64,000 nt of DNA from contig CAWGSK010000030.1 in assembly GCA_963825055.1 (NCBI GenBank), forward strand, positions 75,208-139,207, in the 5' to 3' direction. Source of the stretch: an uncultured Gemmatimonadales bacterium. GTDB lineage: Bacteria; Gemmatimonadota; Gemmatimonadetes; Gemmatimonadales; GWC2-71-9. Below are positions 29,909 through 39,672 of the stretch, piece by piece. The notes beneath the pieces were generated by a model. The model ran no database searches. It was given only the letters and a program-made list of their open reading frames with translations, and was not told the origin of the DNA. Position 1 is the stretch's first letter. Every line of letters starts with the position of its first letter. Position numbers and translations under genes: made by a program.

Positions 29909-31125
29909 TGGTCCCAGTCATCGAAACGGTCGCGGTGGCATTCCAGTCCATCCGCGCCAACAAGCTGCGCTCCGTGCTGACGATGCTGGGTATCATCATT
30001 GGCGTCGCCGCCGTCATCACCATGGTGGCTCTCGGCACGGGCGCCCAGAAGGCCGTCGAGGAGCAGATTGCGAACATGGGCGCCCGCCTCCTCACCGTCT
30101 ACCCGGGCCAGATGTTCTCCCGGGGGGTGGCGAGCGGGAACCGTGTCAGCCTCACTACGGATGACTACGAAGCGCTCAAGCAGGGCGCCACCATGCTCGA
30201 CGCCGTGATCCCCGAAATGCAGTCCAACCTGCAGCTCAAGTACGGGAACAAGAACCTGAACAGCACCATCATCGGGACTACCGCCGAGTACGTCCCGGTA
30301 CAGAACTACACCATCGCCTACGGCCGCAACTTCACGGCAGGCGACGACGAGGCCCGGAAGAGGTACGCCGTCCTTGGCGCGGACGTGCCGGAACAGCTCG
30401 AGATCAACCCGGCCGCCCTCATCGGCCAGACCATCCTCATCCGCGCGATTCCCTTCGAGGTGATCGGCGTGATGGAGCCGAAGGGCTCCCAGGGATCGTG
30501 GTCCAATCCTGACGAGAACATCCTGATCCCGCTGCAGACCGCAAAGTACCGGATCTTCGGCAGTGACCGGCTCCGCTCGCTGACCGTGCAGGTGGCGGAA
30601 ACCGTCCCGTTCGAGCAGGGCATGGTGGACATGGAGCGGGTGCTCCGGCGCGAGCACAAGATCCGCCCGGGCGGCGCCAATGACTTCATGATCCGCAACC
30701 GCCAGGAACTCCTCGCCACCCAGCAGGAAGCCACACAGGTCTTCACCTCGCTGCTGGCCGGCATCGCGGCCGTCAGCCTCCTGGTCGGCGGCATCGGGAT
30801 CATGAACATCATGCTCGTGTCGGTCACGGAGCGGACCCGGGAAATCGGCGTGCGCAAGGCGCTCGGCGCCACCCGCCTCAACATCATGCTCCAGTTCCTG
30901 ATCGAGGCGCTGGTGCTATGCCTCAGTGGCGGTTTGCTCGGAATCCTGCTCGGCTGGGGGGCGAGCGCCATCATGGCCAATTCCTTCGGCTGGAACACGA
31001 TGATCTCCCCGGACGCCGTGGCCCTGGCGTTCGGTTTCAGCGCGGCGATCGGCCTCATCTTCGGCATCTGGCCCGCCCGCCGCGCCGCGGGACTCGACCC
31101 GATCATCGCGCTGCGCTACGAATAG
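29908..31125 (+). CDS. ABC transporter permease (MacB/FtsX-like)
   Basis: NKLRSVLTMLGIIIG, GGIGIMNIMLVSVTERTREIG, PARRAA.LDPI.ALRYE. Confidence 0.95.
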   Translation: MVPVIETVAVAFQSIRANKLRSVLTMLGIIIGVAAVITMVALGTGAQKAVEEQIANMGARLLTVYPGQMFSRGVASGNRVSLTTDDYEALKQGATMLDAVIPEMQSNLQLKYGNKNLNSTIIGTTAEYVPVQNYTIAYGRNFTAGDDEARKRYAVLGADVPEQLEINPAALIGQTILIRAIPFEVIGVMEPKGSQGSWSNPDENILIPLQTAKYRIFGSDRLRSLTVQVAETVPFEQGMVDMERVLRREHKIRPGGANDFMIRNRQELLATQQEATQVFTSLLAGIAAVSLLVGGIGIMNIMLVSVTERTREIGVRKALGATRLNIMLQFLIEALVLCLSGGLLGILLGWGASAIMANSFGWNTMISPDAVALAFGFSAAIGLIFGIWPARRAAGLDPIIALRYE

Positions 31126-31139
31126 CATCACCTGACCGG

Positions 31140-31177
31140 CCCCCTCCGCCGCGCCATGGCGCGGCGGAGGGGGTTTT
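31140..31177 (+). terminator. Intrinsic terminator
   Basis: Perfect 34-bp palindrome CCCCCTCCGCCGCGCCATGGCGCGGCGGAGGGGG followed by TTTT. Confidence 0.75.
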
Positions 31178-31258
31178 GCCGTGCATCCCCTGCGGTTACT
31201 CTGCCCTCGTCCGCCCTGGCCCCGCCGGGGCCTCCCCCAGTCGCTGGAGTCCGGAAAC

Positions 31259-33535
31259 GTGCTGTTGCTCGCCTTCGCCCTGCTGACCCAGGCCCAGGCC
31301 CCCGATACCCTCGCCTACAACGGGAAGGGCGGCCCGGCCGTCCCGATCCCCCGCATCGATACCAGCGCCGTCGTCGATGGCCGAATGGACGAGGCCGTCT
31401 GGGACAGGGCCGCGCTGCTCACGGGGTTCTCCCAGTACGAGCCGGTGGACGGACGTCCCGCCGAGGAGCGAACCGAGGTCCGGGTCTGGTACTCACCTTC
31501 CGCGATCTACTTCGGCGTGATCGCCTATGACCGGCAGCCCGGCACCATCCGGGCCACGAGGGCCGATCGCGACAACATCGACAATGACGACCAGGTCACG
31601 ATCTACCTGGACACCTTCCATGACCGGCGCCGCGCATTCTTTTTCGCGGTCAACCCGCTCGGGATCCAGCAGGACGGCGTCCGGAGCGAGGGCGCCCAGA
31701 GCGCGGGGAACCTCTTCGGCGGCACCATCGACCGGAACCCCGACTACGCCTGGGATTCCCGGGGGCAGGTGACCGACAGCGGGTATGTCGTCGAGATCCG
31801 GATCCCCTTCAAGAGCCTGCGCTATCCCTCCGGGGGGCCGCAGACCTGGGGCCTCAATGTCCTGCGGCGCAACCAGCGGACCGGGTACAACGACACCTGG
31901 ACCGACGTGCGCCGCGCGAACGCCAGCTTTCTCGTCCAGGGCGGCACCCTGACTGGAATGCACGACCTGCACCGCGGCGTCGTCCTTGAGGCACAGCCGT
32001 TCGTCACCGCCACCTCCAACGGCTCCCGCGATGCGGCAGGCAACTTCGACCGTAGCGCCATTGACGGCGACGCGGGCGCCAACTTCCGGGTCGGCCTCAC
32101 CAACCTGAGCCTCGACGGGACCATCAATCCCGATTTCAGCCAGGTGGAATCGGACGCGGGCCAGATCTCGCTGAACGAACGGTTCGCCCTGTTCTTCCCG
32201 GAGAAGCGCCCCTTCTTCCTGGAGGGAATCGAGCTGTTCTCCACCCCGAGCCAGCTGGTCTACACCCGGCAGATCGCCAACCCGTCCGCGGGAGTGAAGC
32301 TGACCGGGAAGTTTGGCCGGCTCGGCGTCGCACACCTGACCGCGGTCGATGAATTCCCCGATGCCGACGATGCCCTCTTCAACATTACGCGCATCCGCTC
32401 GGACTTCGGGTCAAACTCCGTGGCCGGAGTCACGGTGACCGACCGCAGCGTGCTCGGCACCAGCGACTACAACCGGGTCGTGGCGGGAGACGTTCGCTAC
32501 GTCTTCGCCAAGCTCTACTTCATCGAAACCCAGCTCGGCAATTCCTGGACCCGCGAGGGTGGCTCCACCAGGGACGGCCTGATCTGGAAGGCGGAATTCG
32601 ACCGGACCGGGCGGAGCTGGGGCTTCAACTACCGGATGGACGCCGTCGACAGGAACTTCGAGACCCGCTCGGGCTTCGTCAACCGCACGGGGATCGTGAG
32701 CGCGCACGTCTTCAACCGTCTCACATGGTACGGCGCGCGAGGCGCGCTGGTGGAAAACTTCACCACTTTCTTCGGCCCCACGCGGATCTGGCGCTACGGC
32801 GACATCGGCGGCAATGCCATCGAGGGCGGCGAGTCACTCAACCTGAACCTGACCCTCCGGGGCGGCTGGCAGCTGCGCAGCGAGATCTCGCGCGACTTCG
32901 TCGACTTTGATCCCGCCGACTACGCCACCTACACGGTGGACCGCGGGGGCGGCCCCGTCCCGTTCGTGCCCGCCGAGGGAGTGGCGGGGCCCGACGTGTC
33001 GCTCAACGTGAGCACGCCGGTCTACCGGAAGTTCGACGCTTCCGCCCGGATCGAATACGCGGAAGGCGCGCTTTTCCCCGAGGCATCCCGGGGCCGGGGC
33101 TTTTTCCTGTCCGGGTCCCTCGGTCTCCGGCCTTCGGACCCGGTCCGGATCACCTTCACCAACAGCCTGCAGTGGCTCTACCGTGAGGACGGCTCGAGCT
33201 TCGCCCGCACGATCATTCCGCGCCTCAAGATGGAGTACCAGGCAACCCGGTCGCTCTTCTTCCGGCTGATCGGCGAGTACCGATCGGAGCGCCGGGACAT
33301 CCTGCTTGACCCCGAGACAGGTGTGCCGTTGCTGGTCAATGGCGTTCCGGCGCCCATGACGGAAACCAATGGCCTCCGGGTGGACGCGCTCGTGTCCCTC
33401 GAGCCGACGCCGGGCACCGTGGCCTTCTTCGGCTATGGCAGCCAGCTCGAAACCCCGTCCGGCTTCGGGTTCCGCGACCTCCGCCGGCTCCGGGACGGGT
33501 TCTTCCTCAAGCTGGCATACCAGTTCCGCCGCTAG
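31259..33535 (+). CDS. CBM9-like/DUF5916 outer-membrane protein
   Basis: DG.MDE.VW, LDTFHD, EIRIPFKSLRY, NPDFSQVESD, EKRPFFLEG, terminal KLAYQF. Confidence 0.85.
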   Translation: MLLLAFALLTQAQAPDTLAYNGKGGPAVPIPRIDTSAVVDGRMDEAVWDRAALLTGFSQYEPVDGRPAEERTEVRVWYSPSAIYFGVIAYDRQPGTIRATRADRDNIDNDDQVTIYLDTFHDRRRAFFFAVNPLGIQQDGVRSEGAQSAGNLFGGTIDRNPDYAWDSRGQVTDSGYVVEIRIPFKSLRYPSGGPQTWGLNVLRRNQRTGYNDTWTDVRRANASFLVQGGTLTGMHDLHRGVVLEAQPFVTATSNGSRDAAGNFDRSAIDGDAGANFRVGLTNLSLDGTINPDFSQVESDAGQISLNERFALFFPEKRPFFLEGIELFSTPSQLVYTRQIANPSAGVKLTGKFGRLGVAHLTAVDEFPDADDALFNITRIRSDFGSNSVAGVTVTDRSVLGTSDYNRVVAGDVRYVFAKLYFIETQLGNSWTREGGSTRDGLIWKAEFDRTGRSWGFNYRMDAVDRNFETRSGFVNRTGIVSAHVFNRLTWYGARGALVENFTTFFGPTRIWRYGDIGGNAIEGGESLNLNLTLRGGWQLRSEISRDFVDFDPADYATYTVDRGGGPVPFVPAEGVAGPDVSLNVSTPVYRKFDASARIEYAEGALFPEASRGRGFFLSGSLGLRPSDPVRITFTNSLQWLYREDGSSFARTIIPRLKMEYQATRSLFFRLIGEYRSERRDILLDPETGVPLLVNGVPAPMTETNGLRVDALVSLEPTPGTVAFFGYGSQLETPSGFGFRDLRRLRDGFFLKLAYQFRR

Positions 33536-33581
33536 CCGGCCAGGTCGTGTGCTGGGATGGTCCCGGCGGTGAACCGTGGCG

Positions 33582-33665
33582 TTGAACACGGAGGGCGCGG
33601 AATTCACGGAGGTCGCGCGGAAGAACAGGCAGGCATTCCGTGTCTTTCGTGTCTTCCGTGGTGAA
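33582..33665. repeat. 9-nt-unit inverted repeat element, copy 2
   Basis: cacggaggg cgcggaatt cacggaggt ... ttccgtgtc tttcgtgtc ttccgtggt. Confidence 0.85.
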
Positions 33666-33781
33666 TCGGCCGGGGACTGCCAGTCAGAACCGTCTGGTGC
33701 CACCCCACCTGGCGCCCGAACCTCGACAGAACTGATTCGTCGTCCCCATCGTGTCTGAAGGAAGACCCGAAAGGACCGGCC

Positions 33782-34495
33782 ATGGAAACCGAAGCACAGA
33801 CCCCCCCTGCAACGCCAGCCGTCGAGACACGACGTGGCGCCTACCGCCATCACTGGCTGGTGCGGCTCTGCCACTGGGCCAACGCGGCCCTGCTGGTGGG
33901 GATGATCGCCAGCGGGCTCCAGATCTATCTGGCGTACCGCCATTTCGGCAAACGCGGCGGCCCGTACCTCGGGCCCAATCCCTTCGACGGCTACGTCTTT
34001 CCCGAATGGGCTCGCCTGGGTGGGTGGCTCGCCGGTGGACTCAACTGGCACTTCGCCCTCGCCTGGCCATTCGTCATCACGGGGCTCGCCTACGTCGGCT
34101 ATCTGATCGTGTCGGGCGAATGGCGCGCCCTCGTCTTCCGCCCCCGCGACATCCGCCCCGCCTTCGAGATGCAGAAGTACTACCTGCGCCTCCGGCAGGA
34201 CCACCCCCCGCAGGGCAAGCACAACGCGCTGCAGAAGGGAGCGTACACCTTCATCGTCCTGGTGGGCGCGATCGCCGTGTTTTCGGGGTTCGCCATCTAC
34301 AAACCGGTCCAGCTCTCGTGGCTGACCACCCTCTTCGGGGGATACGAGCTGGCGCGCTACTGGCACTTCGTGAGCGTGTGGGTCTTCGTGGCCTTCACCC
34401 TGGTGCACGTCATTCTCGTGTTCACGGCCGACCCTGCATCATTCCGGGCCATCATCACGGGAAGGTACCGCGGGAGGTACGTGAGCCATGACTGA
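33782..34495 (+). CDS. Cytochrome b/b6-domain membrane subunit (YdhU/PhsC-like)
   Basis: VRLCHW, SGLQI, NWHF, HNALQK.AY, ARYWHF, LVHV heme-ligand histidines. Confidence 0.88.
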   Translation: METEAQTPPATPAVETRRGAYRHHWLVRLCHWANAALLVGMIASGLQIYLAYRHFGKRGGPYLGPNPFDGYVFPEWARLGGWLAGGLNWHFALAWPFVITGLAYVGYLIVSGEWRALVFRPRDIRPAFEMQKYYLRLRQDHPPQGKHNALQKGAYTFIVLVGAIAVFSGFAIYKPVQLSWLTTLFGGYELARYWHFVSVWVFVAFTLVHVILVFTADPASFRAIITGRYRGRYVSHD

Positions 34496-35207
34496 CCATC
34501 ACCTGACACGACGCACGTTCATGCGGCTCGGCCTCACGGCTGGGTCCACCGGATTGCTCGCCGCGTGCGGATGGGATGGGGGACAGGTGCTCCAGCCGGC
34601 CCTGGGCGCGGTTTCCAGGGTCAACGACTGGGTCGGGGAGCACATCATCCACTCCAACGCACGGCTCGCCCGCGAGTATCCGGCGTCGCTCCGCACGGGT
34701 GCCACCTTTCCGGCCTACTTCGTGAGCCCACGCATGCCGGTCCTGGCCGACCCGGGCGCCTGGGCCCTGGAGGTGGGAGGGGAGGTCGAGAAGCCGATGC
34801 GGCTCACGCTGGAGATGCTGCAGGGGCTCCCCCGACTTACCTACACCGTCAAGCACCACTGCGTGGAAGGCTGGACGGCGATCGCCACCTGGTCCGGCGT
34901 CCCGTTCCATGCCCTCGCCACCCTCGTCACGCCCACATCACGAGCCCGGTTTGTCCGGTTCGATTCGTTCGACGCGGACTACTACAACGGCTGGGACATG
35001 ACCAGTGCCATGCATCCCCAGACCATCCTGGCCTGGGCCTATAACGACCGGCCCCTCATGGCGGACCATGGCGCTCCGCTCAGGCTCTACTCCCCGGTCA
35101 AACTGGGCTACAAGCTCACCAAGTACCTGACCCGCGTAACGTTCACCCGCGAACGGCCCGGCGGGTACTGGGAAGACCGCGGCTACCCCTGGCTCGGCGG
35201 CGTTTGA
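34488..35207 (+). CDS. Molybdopterin-dependent oxidoreductase, sulfite-oxidase/MsrP-like, Tat lipoprotein
   Basis: TRRTFM Tat motif, LAAC lipobox, HHCVEGW, WSGV, HGAPLRL, GYKLTKY, GYWEDRGY. Confidence 0.88.
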   Translation: MTDHHLTRRTFMRLGLTAGSTGLLAACGWDGGQVLQPALGAVSRVNDWVGEHIIHSNARLAREYPASLRTGATFPAYFVSPRMPVLADPGAWALEVGGEVEKPMRLTLEMLQGLPRLTYTVKHHCVEGWTAIATWSGVPFHALATLVTPTSRARFVRFDSFDADYYNGWDMTSAMHPQTILAWAYNDRPLMADHGAPLRLYSPVKLGYKLTKYLTRVTFTRERPGGYWEDRGYPWLGGV

Positions 35208-35284
35208 AGCGCACCGGGCAAACGGGTATCATTCGTGGCACTCACCATCCAGTCATCCCGGGGAACCACCATGCCGACACGCGC

Positions 35285-36238
35285 GTGAGCAATCCGTCCA
35301 CGCGGGGACACCACCTCGCCGGTTATCTCTTCGGGCTCGGGGCAGGCGCCATCTGGGGTACCACGGGCCCGCTCAGCACTGCCCTTTACGGCGCAGGCGC
35401 CGAACTGACCGGCATCGGGTTCTGGCGGATCGGGATCGCGACGGCAGGACTGCTGGCCTACGGCCTCCTCCACCCCGGGTTCTTCCGGCTCGACCGCAAG
35501 GCCGTCCTCGTGGTGGGCCTCGGGGGCGGGCTGCTGGTGGCGCTGTTCGAGGTGGCCTACCAGTTCGGGATCGCCGGGGCAGGCGTGGCGGGTGCGTCCG
35601 CCCTCCTCTACCTCGCGCCCGTGATGGTCGCCATCCTGGCACGCCTGCTCCTGGGCGAAGCCCTGACATCACTGCGCCTGCTGCTGGCGGTGGTCGTGAT
35701 GGTAGGGGCGGCGCTCACCGTGGCCGGCGGGTCACAAGGTGGAATGGGGAATGTCGCGCTGCCGTCGCTGCTGCAGGGGGTCGCGGGCGGCGTGCTCGCC
35801 GCAATCAGCTACGCCGGCACCACCATCCTGGCCCGCTGGGCCGTCCCCCGCTATGGTGCCGTGCGCGTGCTGTTCCTCGAGATCGGCGGGGGCACTCTGG
35901 TCCTCGGCATCGTGCTGCCGCTGGCCGGAGCGCCGCCGGTCGCCCCGACAGCAATCGGACCCTGGGTTTTCCTGGCCGCGCTCGCCCTGGGGCCAGTCCT
36001 CGCCGCCAACTTCCTGTTCTTCGCCGCGGTCCGGCGCATTGACGCGGCCCCGACCGCGGTCGCGGCCACCATTGAACCGGTCGTGGGCACCCTGCTCGCA
36101 CTGGCCCTGTTCAGCCAGGGGCTGACCCCGCTGGGCTGGCTCGGACTCGCGATGGTCGTGGGAGGGGTTGCGGCGGGTTACCTGCGGGAGGGACGGGAGG
36201 CACCACCACCGCTCGCGGAACGCGCGGCGGAGGTCTGA
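35285..36238 (+). CDS. DMT/EamA family transporter
   Basis: About 10 TMs, AIWGT, FWR, TIEPV; start codon uncertain. Confidence 0.85.
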   Translation: MSNPSTRGHHLAGYLFGLGAGAIWGTTGPLSTALYGAGAELTGIGFWRIGIATAGLLAYGLLHPGFFRLDRKAVLVVGLGGGLLVALFEVAYQFGIAGAGVAGASALLYLAPVMVAILARLLLGEALTSLRLLLAVVVMVGAALTVAGGSQGGMGNVALPSLLQGVAGGVLAAISYAGTTILARWAVPRYGAVRVLFLEIGGGTLVLGIVLPLAGAPPVAPTAIGPWVFLAALALGPVLAANFLFFAAVRRIDAAPTAVAATIEPVVGTLLALALFSQGLTPLGWLGLAMVVGGVAAGYLREGREAPPPLAERAAEV

Positions 36239-36253
36239 TGCCACCCTCGCGAA

Positions 36254-36493
36254 CTACTCGTCCTCGCGCTCGACGCCGATCTCGGCTGAGCCGTCAGCCT
36301 GGTACGCGACCGTCAGCCGCCACGGCCGACAGCAGACCGGGCAGTCCTCCACGTACTCCTGCAGCGTCCCGCTGCCGGGATCGAGCGTGATCTCGCATAC
36401 CTCGCCGCAGTGCGGGCAGGTGACTTCACCCTCCTCGGCGGCATCCCCATCGCCGAGCGTGAAATCCTCGTCCAGAGATTCTTCGTCCATCAT
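36254..36493 (-). CDS. CPXCG-motif cysteine-rich protein
   Basis: CPHCGE...YVEDCPVCCRP. Confidence 0.88.
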   Translation of the reverse strand: MMDEESLDEDFTLGDGDAAEEGEVTCPHCGEVCEITLDPGSGTLQEYVEDCPVCCRPWRLTVAYQADGSAEIGVEREDE

Positions 36494-36631
36494 TGGTTCC
36501 TCGAGCCAGCCGACCCCGCTGCCGGGCACGACACCGGACACCATGCCACGATGCCGGACCGGACGGGGCCGGAATTCTGCAGTGCGCCCAACATATACGG
36601 CGGCCTCCAGACCCGCAAAGGGGAGCTGAGC

Positions 36632-37897
36632 ATGCCGCCACCGCGCTCCCGCGGACCGTTCCTCCTTGCCACCGCGGCGACGCTCCTGCTCCTGACCGCG
36701 TGGGCTACGGGCGTGCCGCCCCTGTCGAACCCCACGGGGCTGCCGCTGCCGGAGGGGCTCGCGCTCCACAGCCCTCCCCTCGTCATCCTGCTCGCCCCGC
36801 TGTTCGACCTGTGGGACGGCACGAGCATGCTCAGCATGAGCCGCCTCACCGGCTGGCTCGCCGGCATCCTGCTGCTCTACCTCGCCTGGCGTCTCATCGC
36901 GTGGGCCGGGCGGAGACGGCGGAAGACCCACTCGCCGTGGTGGGAGCGGGCGGGCCGGGAGGTCCTCGTGGCAGTGTTCGCGCTGGTGGGGCTGGTGGCC
37001 TTCCTCGCGGCCGGGGCGCTGTGGCACCGGCCCATGGTCTCGCTCGCCGGGGCCGGACCGGACCGCATGGTCGTGGACCTGCATTCCCACACGAATGCAT
37101 CCCACGACGTGAAACACACACTGATGGGGGGCTTCGACGCGGCCGCCCTGCAACGCTGGCATCGCCGGGCGGGATTCGACGCGGCGTTCATCACGGACCA
37201 CAACACGGTCGAGGGCCTGCCCCCCGCCGGCGCGGATACGATGCTGCCTGCGCTGTGTCCCGGCACCGAGGTCAGCGGCTGGCGGGCGCATATCGTGCTC
37301 CTGGGAACGCGCCAGCGTATGGAGCGGTCTCCGTACGCGGACTCCCTGGCCGGCCTGCTCACCCTCTTTCCTGATGCCCGCCGGGCCGGAGCCGTCTCGA
37401 TCGCCTCACTCCCGGAATATTCCCGGAATCACTGGGAGAACCTCGACCGGTTCGTCCGGGCCGGCGTTGACGGATTCGAGATCGTGAATGCCTCACCCAA
37501 GGCAAGTGAATTCACCCGCGCACGCAGGGACAGCGTGATCGCCCTCGCGCGGGAGAATGATCTCATGGTGGTCGGAGTGAGCGACAGTCACGGCTGGGGT
37601 GCCACCAGCATGGCCTGGAATCTCGTGTCCCTGCCGCGGTGGAGGCAGGCAACCACCGCCCCCTGCCACATCCTCCTCCAGCGGCTCCGCAAGGGTGGGT
37701 TCGACGCGGTGCAGGTCGTGGAGCGCCATCATCTCCGGCCGGACGACTGGTGGCCCGCGTGGCTCACGCCGGTGGGAATGGTGTGGGAGACGTGGCGCGC
37801 CATGGACTGGCGTCACCTCCTGGCGTGGCTGGCCTGGATCTGGATCGTGGCTGGTCTCCGGATCCGGTGGACCGCGGTCAGGCCCCGCAGGGGGTAA
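36632..37897 (+). CDS. Membrane-anchored PHP-domain phosphoesterase-like protein
   Basis: N-terminal TMs, DLHSHT, ITDHN, GTE, FEIVN, SDSHG; C-terminal TM. Confidence 0.8.
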   Translation: MPPPRSRGPFLLATAATLLLLTAWATGVPPLSNPTGLPLPEGLALHSPPLVILLAPLFDLWDGTSMLSMSRLTGWLAGILLLYLAWRLIAWAGRRRRKTHSPWWERAGREVLVAVFALVGLVAFLAAGALWHRPMVSLAGAGPDRMVVDLHSHTNASHDVKHTLMGGFDAAALQRWHRRAGFDAAFITDHNTVEGLPPAGADTMLPALCPGTEVSGWRAHIVLLGTRQRMERSPYADSLAGLLTLFPDARRAGAVSIASLPEYSRNHWENLDRFVRAGVDGFEIVNASPKASEFTRARRDSVIALARENDLMVVGVSDSHGWGATSMAWNLVSLPRWRQATTAPCHILLQRLRKGGFDAVQVVERHHLRPDDWWPAWLTPVGMVWETWRAMDWRHLLAWLAWIWIVAGLRIRWTAVRPRRG

Positions 37898-38582
37898 CCG
37901 TGGCAGGATCGGGCAGCCCGGCCGGCGGCTCGAAGACAAGGAGGTAGGCCCCTCCCTGGAGTGGAATCTCCTCCCGGGACCGGTAGCCCAGCCGGCCTAG
38001 CTCGCAGCGAATCAGCTCCGGAGAAGCGGCCTGTGACAGGATGGGGCCGTCATATTCGATGATCCCGACCCGGGCGCCGGGCGCCAGCGACGAGTACAGA
38101 CGGGCGAAGTAGGCAAACGGGTTGGGGATTGTGTGATAGGCGTATGCGAGGATGGCGACGTCGATCATCGAGGGCGGCAGCCCCGGGTCGTCCGGGTCTC
38201 CCTGGACCACCTGAACGGTTGCAAGGCCGGACCGGTCCAGGCGGGAGCGGAGGTGTGCCAGTATGTCGGGCCGGCTATCCACCGCCCAGACGGTGCCGCC
38301 CGCCCCCACCTGCCCGGCCGCCCGGACCGTGTAATATCCGTAGCCGGCCAGCAGGTCAGCGACCCTCGTCCCGGACCCGACGCGCAGCCAGTCGAACACC
38401 GTGGCCGCCTCGCGGAGCCGGTCCCGGACGCTTTCGTCGCCCTGGCTGGCATAAATGAGTCGCGCGACCGGACGCTCCGGCGAGGGCCAGTCCGGGGTTC
38501 CGGTCTGGGCCCGGACCGGCGCCGGCCAGCAGAGGAGACCACCAACCAGCGCTGCCAGCACGAACGCCGTCAGCCGTGACAC
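37878..38582 (-). CDS. Class I SAM-dependent methyltransferase with signal peptide
   Basis: VADLLAGYGYY motif I, VWAVD, AYH; N-terminal hydrophobic stretch ending VRA-Q. Confidence 0.8.
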   Translation of the reverse strand: MSRLTAFVLAALVGGLLCWPAPVRAQTGTPDWPSPERPVARLIYASQGDESVRDRLREAATVFDWLRVGSGTRVADLLAGYGYYTVRAAGQVGAGGTVWAVDSRPDILAHLRSRLDRSGLATVQVVQGDPDDPGLPPSMIDVAILAYAYHTIPNPFAYFARLYSSLAPGARVGIIEYDGPILSQAASPELIRCELGRLGYRSREEIPLQGGAYLLVFEPPAGLPDPATVTPCGA

Positions 38583-38605
38583 GCCGGATTCACCGTGGAG
38601 AGTGC

Positions 38606-39601
38606 ATGCAGAGATCCCGTATGCTGGGGACTGGGTTCGCCGTGCCGGAGCGGGTCGTCACCAATGACGAACTGGCCGCGCGGATGGACACGTCCGATGA
38701 ATGGATACGGACCCGCACGGGCATTGAGGAGCGTCACTGGGTTACCGAAGGCGAGACCGGCGCGGGGCTGGCCCGACAAGCCTCCCTCCGGGCGATCGAG
38801 GCTGCCGGCCTCCGACCCGCCGACATCGACGCCATCGTCTACGCCACCAGCACGCCGGATCACTTCGCCCCCGGGGGCGGGGTCTACCTCCAGCGCCTGC
38901 TCGATCTGCCCGGCATTCCCTCCGTCGACATTCGCACGCAGTGCAGCGGCTTCATCTACAGCCTGGCCGTGGCCGACAGCTGGATTCGGACGGGGCTGTT
39001 CCGTCATATCCTCGTAGTCGGCGCCGAGATCCAGAGCACCGGGATGGACGTCAGCACCGCCGGCCGCAACACGGCGGTGATCTTCGCCGACGGTTCCGGC
39101 GCGGCCGTGCTCGCCCCCTCGGAGGATCCGGAACGCGGTTTTCTCGCCTTCGACCTCCACGGCGACGGTCAGCACGCCGAAATGCTCTGGGTGGACAGTC
39201 CCGGCAGCATGTACCATCCCAGGATCAGCGCGGCCCACATCGAGGAAGGTCGGCATTTCCTCTCGATGGATGGTCGGGAGGTCTTCCGACATGCCGTCAC
39301 CCGGATGCCCGAGTCGGTGAGGGCCGTGCTGGACAAGGCCGGGTATCAGGCGGATGAGCTCACGCTGCTGATTCCACATCAGGCCAACCTCCGCATCTCC
39401 GAAGCCGTGCAGAAGACGCTTGGCCTCCGCGACGAACAGGTCTACAACAACATCCAGCGCTACGGCAATACGACCGCAGCCACGATTCCCATCGCCCTCG
39501 ATGAATGCATCCGGGCGGGGCGCATCCCGGATGGCTCCCTCGTGGCGTTGACTGCGTTTGGTTCGGGTTTTCTTTGGGGTAGCGCCCTGCTCAGGTGGTG
39601 A
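38606..39601 (+). CDS. fabH: 3-oxoacyl-ACP synthase III
   Basis: DTSDEWIRTRTGI, QCSGF, PHQAN.RI, YGNT, AFGSG. Confidence 0.93.
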   Translation: MQRSRMLGTGFAVPERVVTNDELAARMDTSDEWIRTRTGIEERHWVTEGETGAGLARQASLRAIEAAGLRPADIDAIVYATSTPDHFAPGGGVYLQRLLDLPGIPSVDIRTQCSGFIYSLAVADSWIRTGLFRHILVVGAEIQSTGMDVSTAGRNTAVIFADGSGAAVLAPSEDPERGFLAFDLHGDGQHAEMLWVDSPGSMYHPRISAAHIEEGRHFLSMDGREVFRHAVTRMPESVRAVLDKAGYQADELTLLIPHQANLRISEAVQKTLGLRDEQVYNNIQRYGNTTAATIPIALDECIRAGRIPDGSLVALTAFGSGFLWGSALLRW

Positions 39602-39604
39602 ATC

Positions 39605-39631
39605 TGAATCTTCCCATAAGGTGTTCCGTAC
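39605..39631 (+). promoter_or_regulatory. Candidate ECF-type promoter
   Basis: TGAATC-N16-CGTAC upstream of ATG 39673. Confidence 0.35.
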
Positions 39632-39672
39632 TGAAACAGAGAAACCCCGTTCACTCTGACCAGGTCTGACAC

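Noticed and set aside
33729..33758. Sigma-E-like GAACTG...TCTGA upstream of the cytochrome b gene
   Set aside because: 19-nt spacer is incompatible with the consensus
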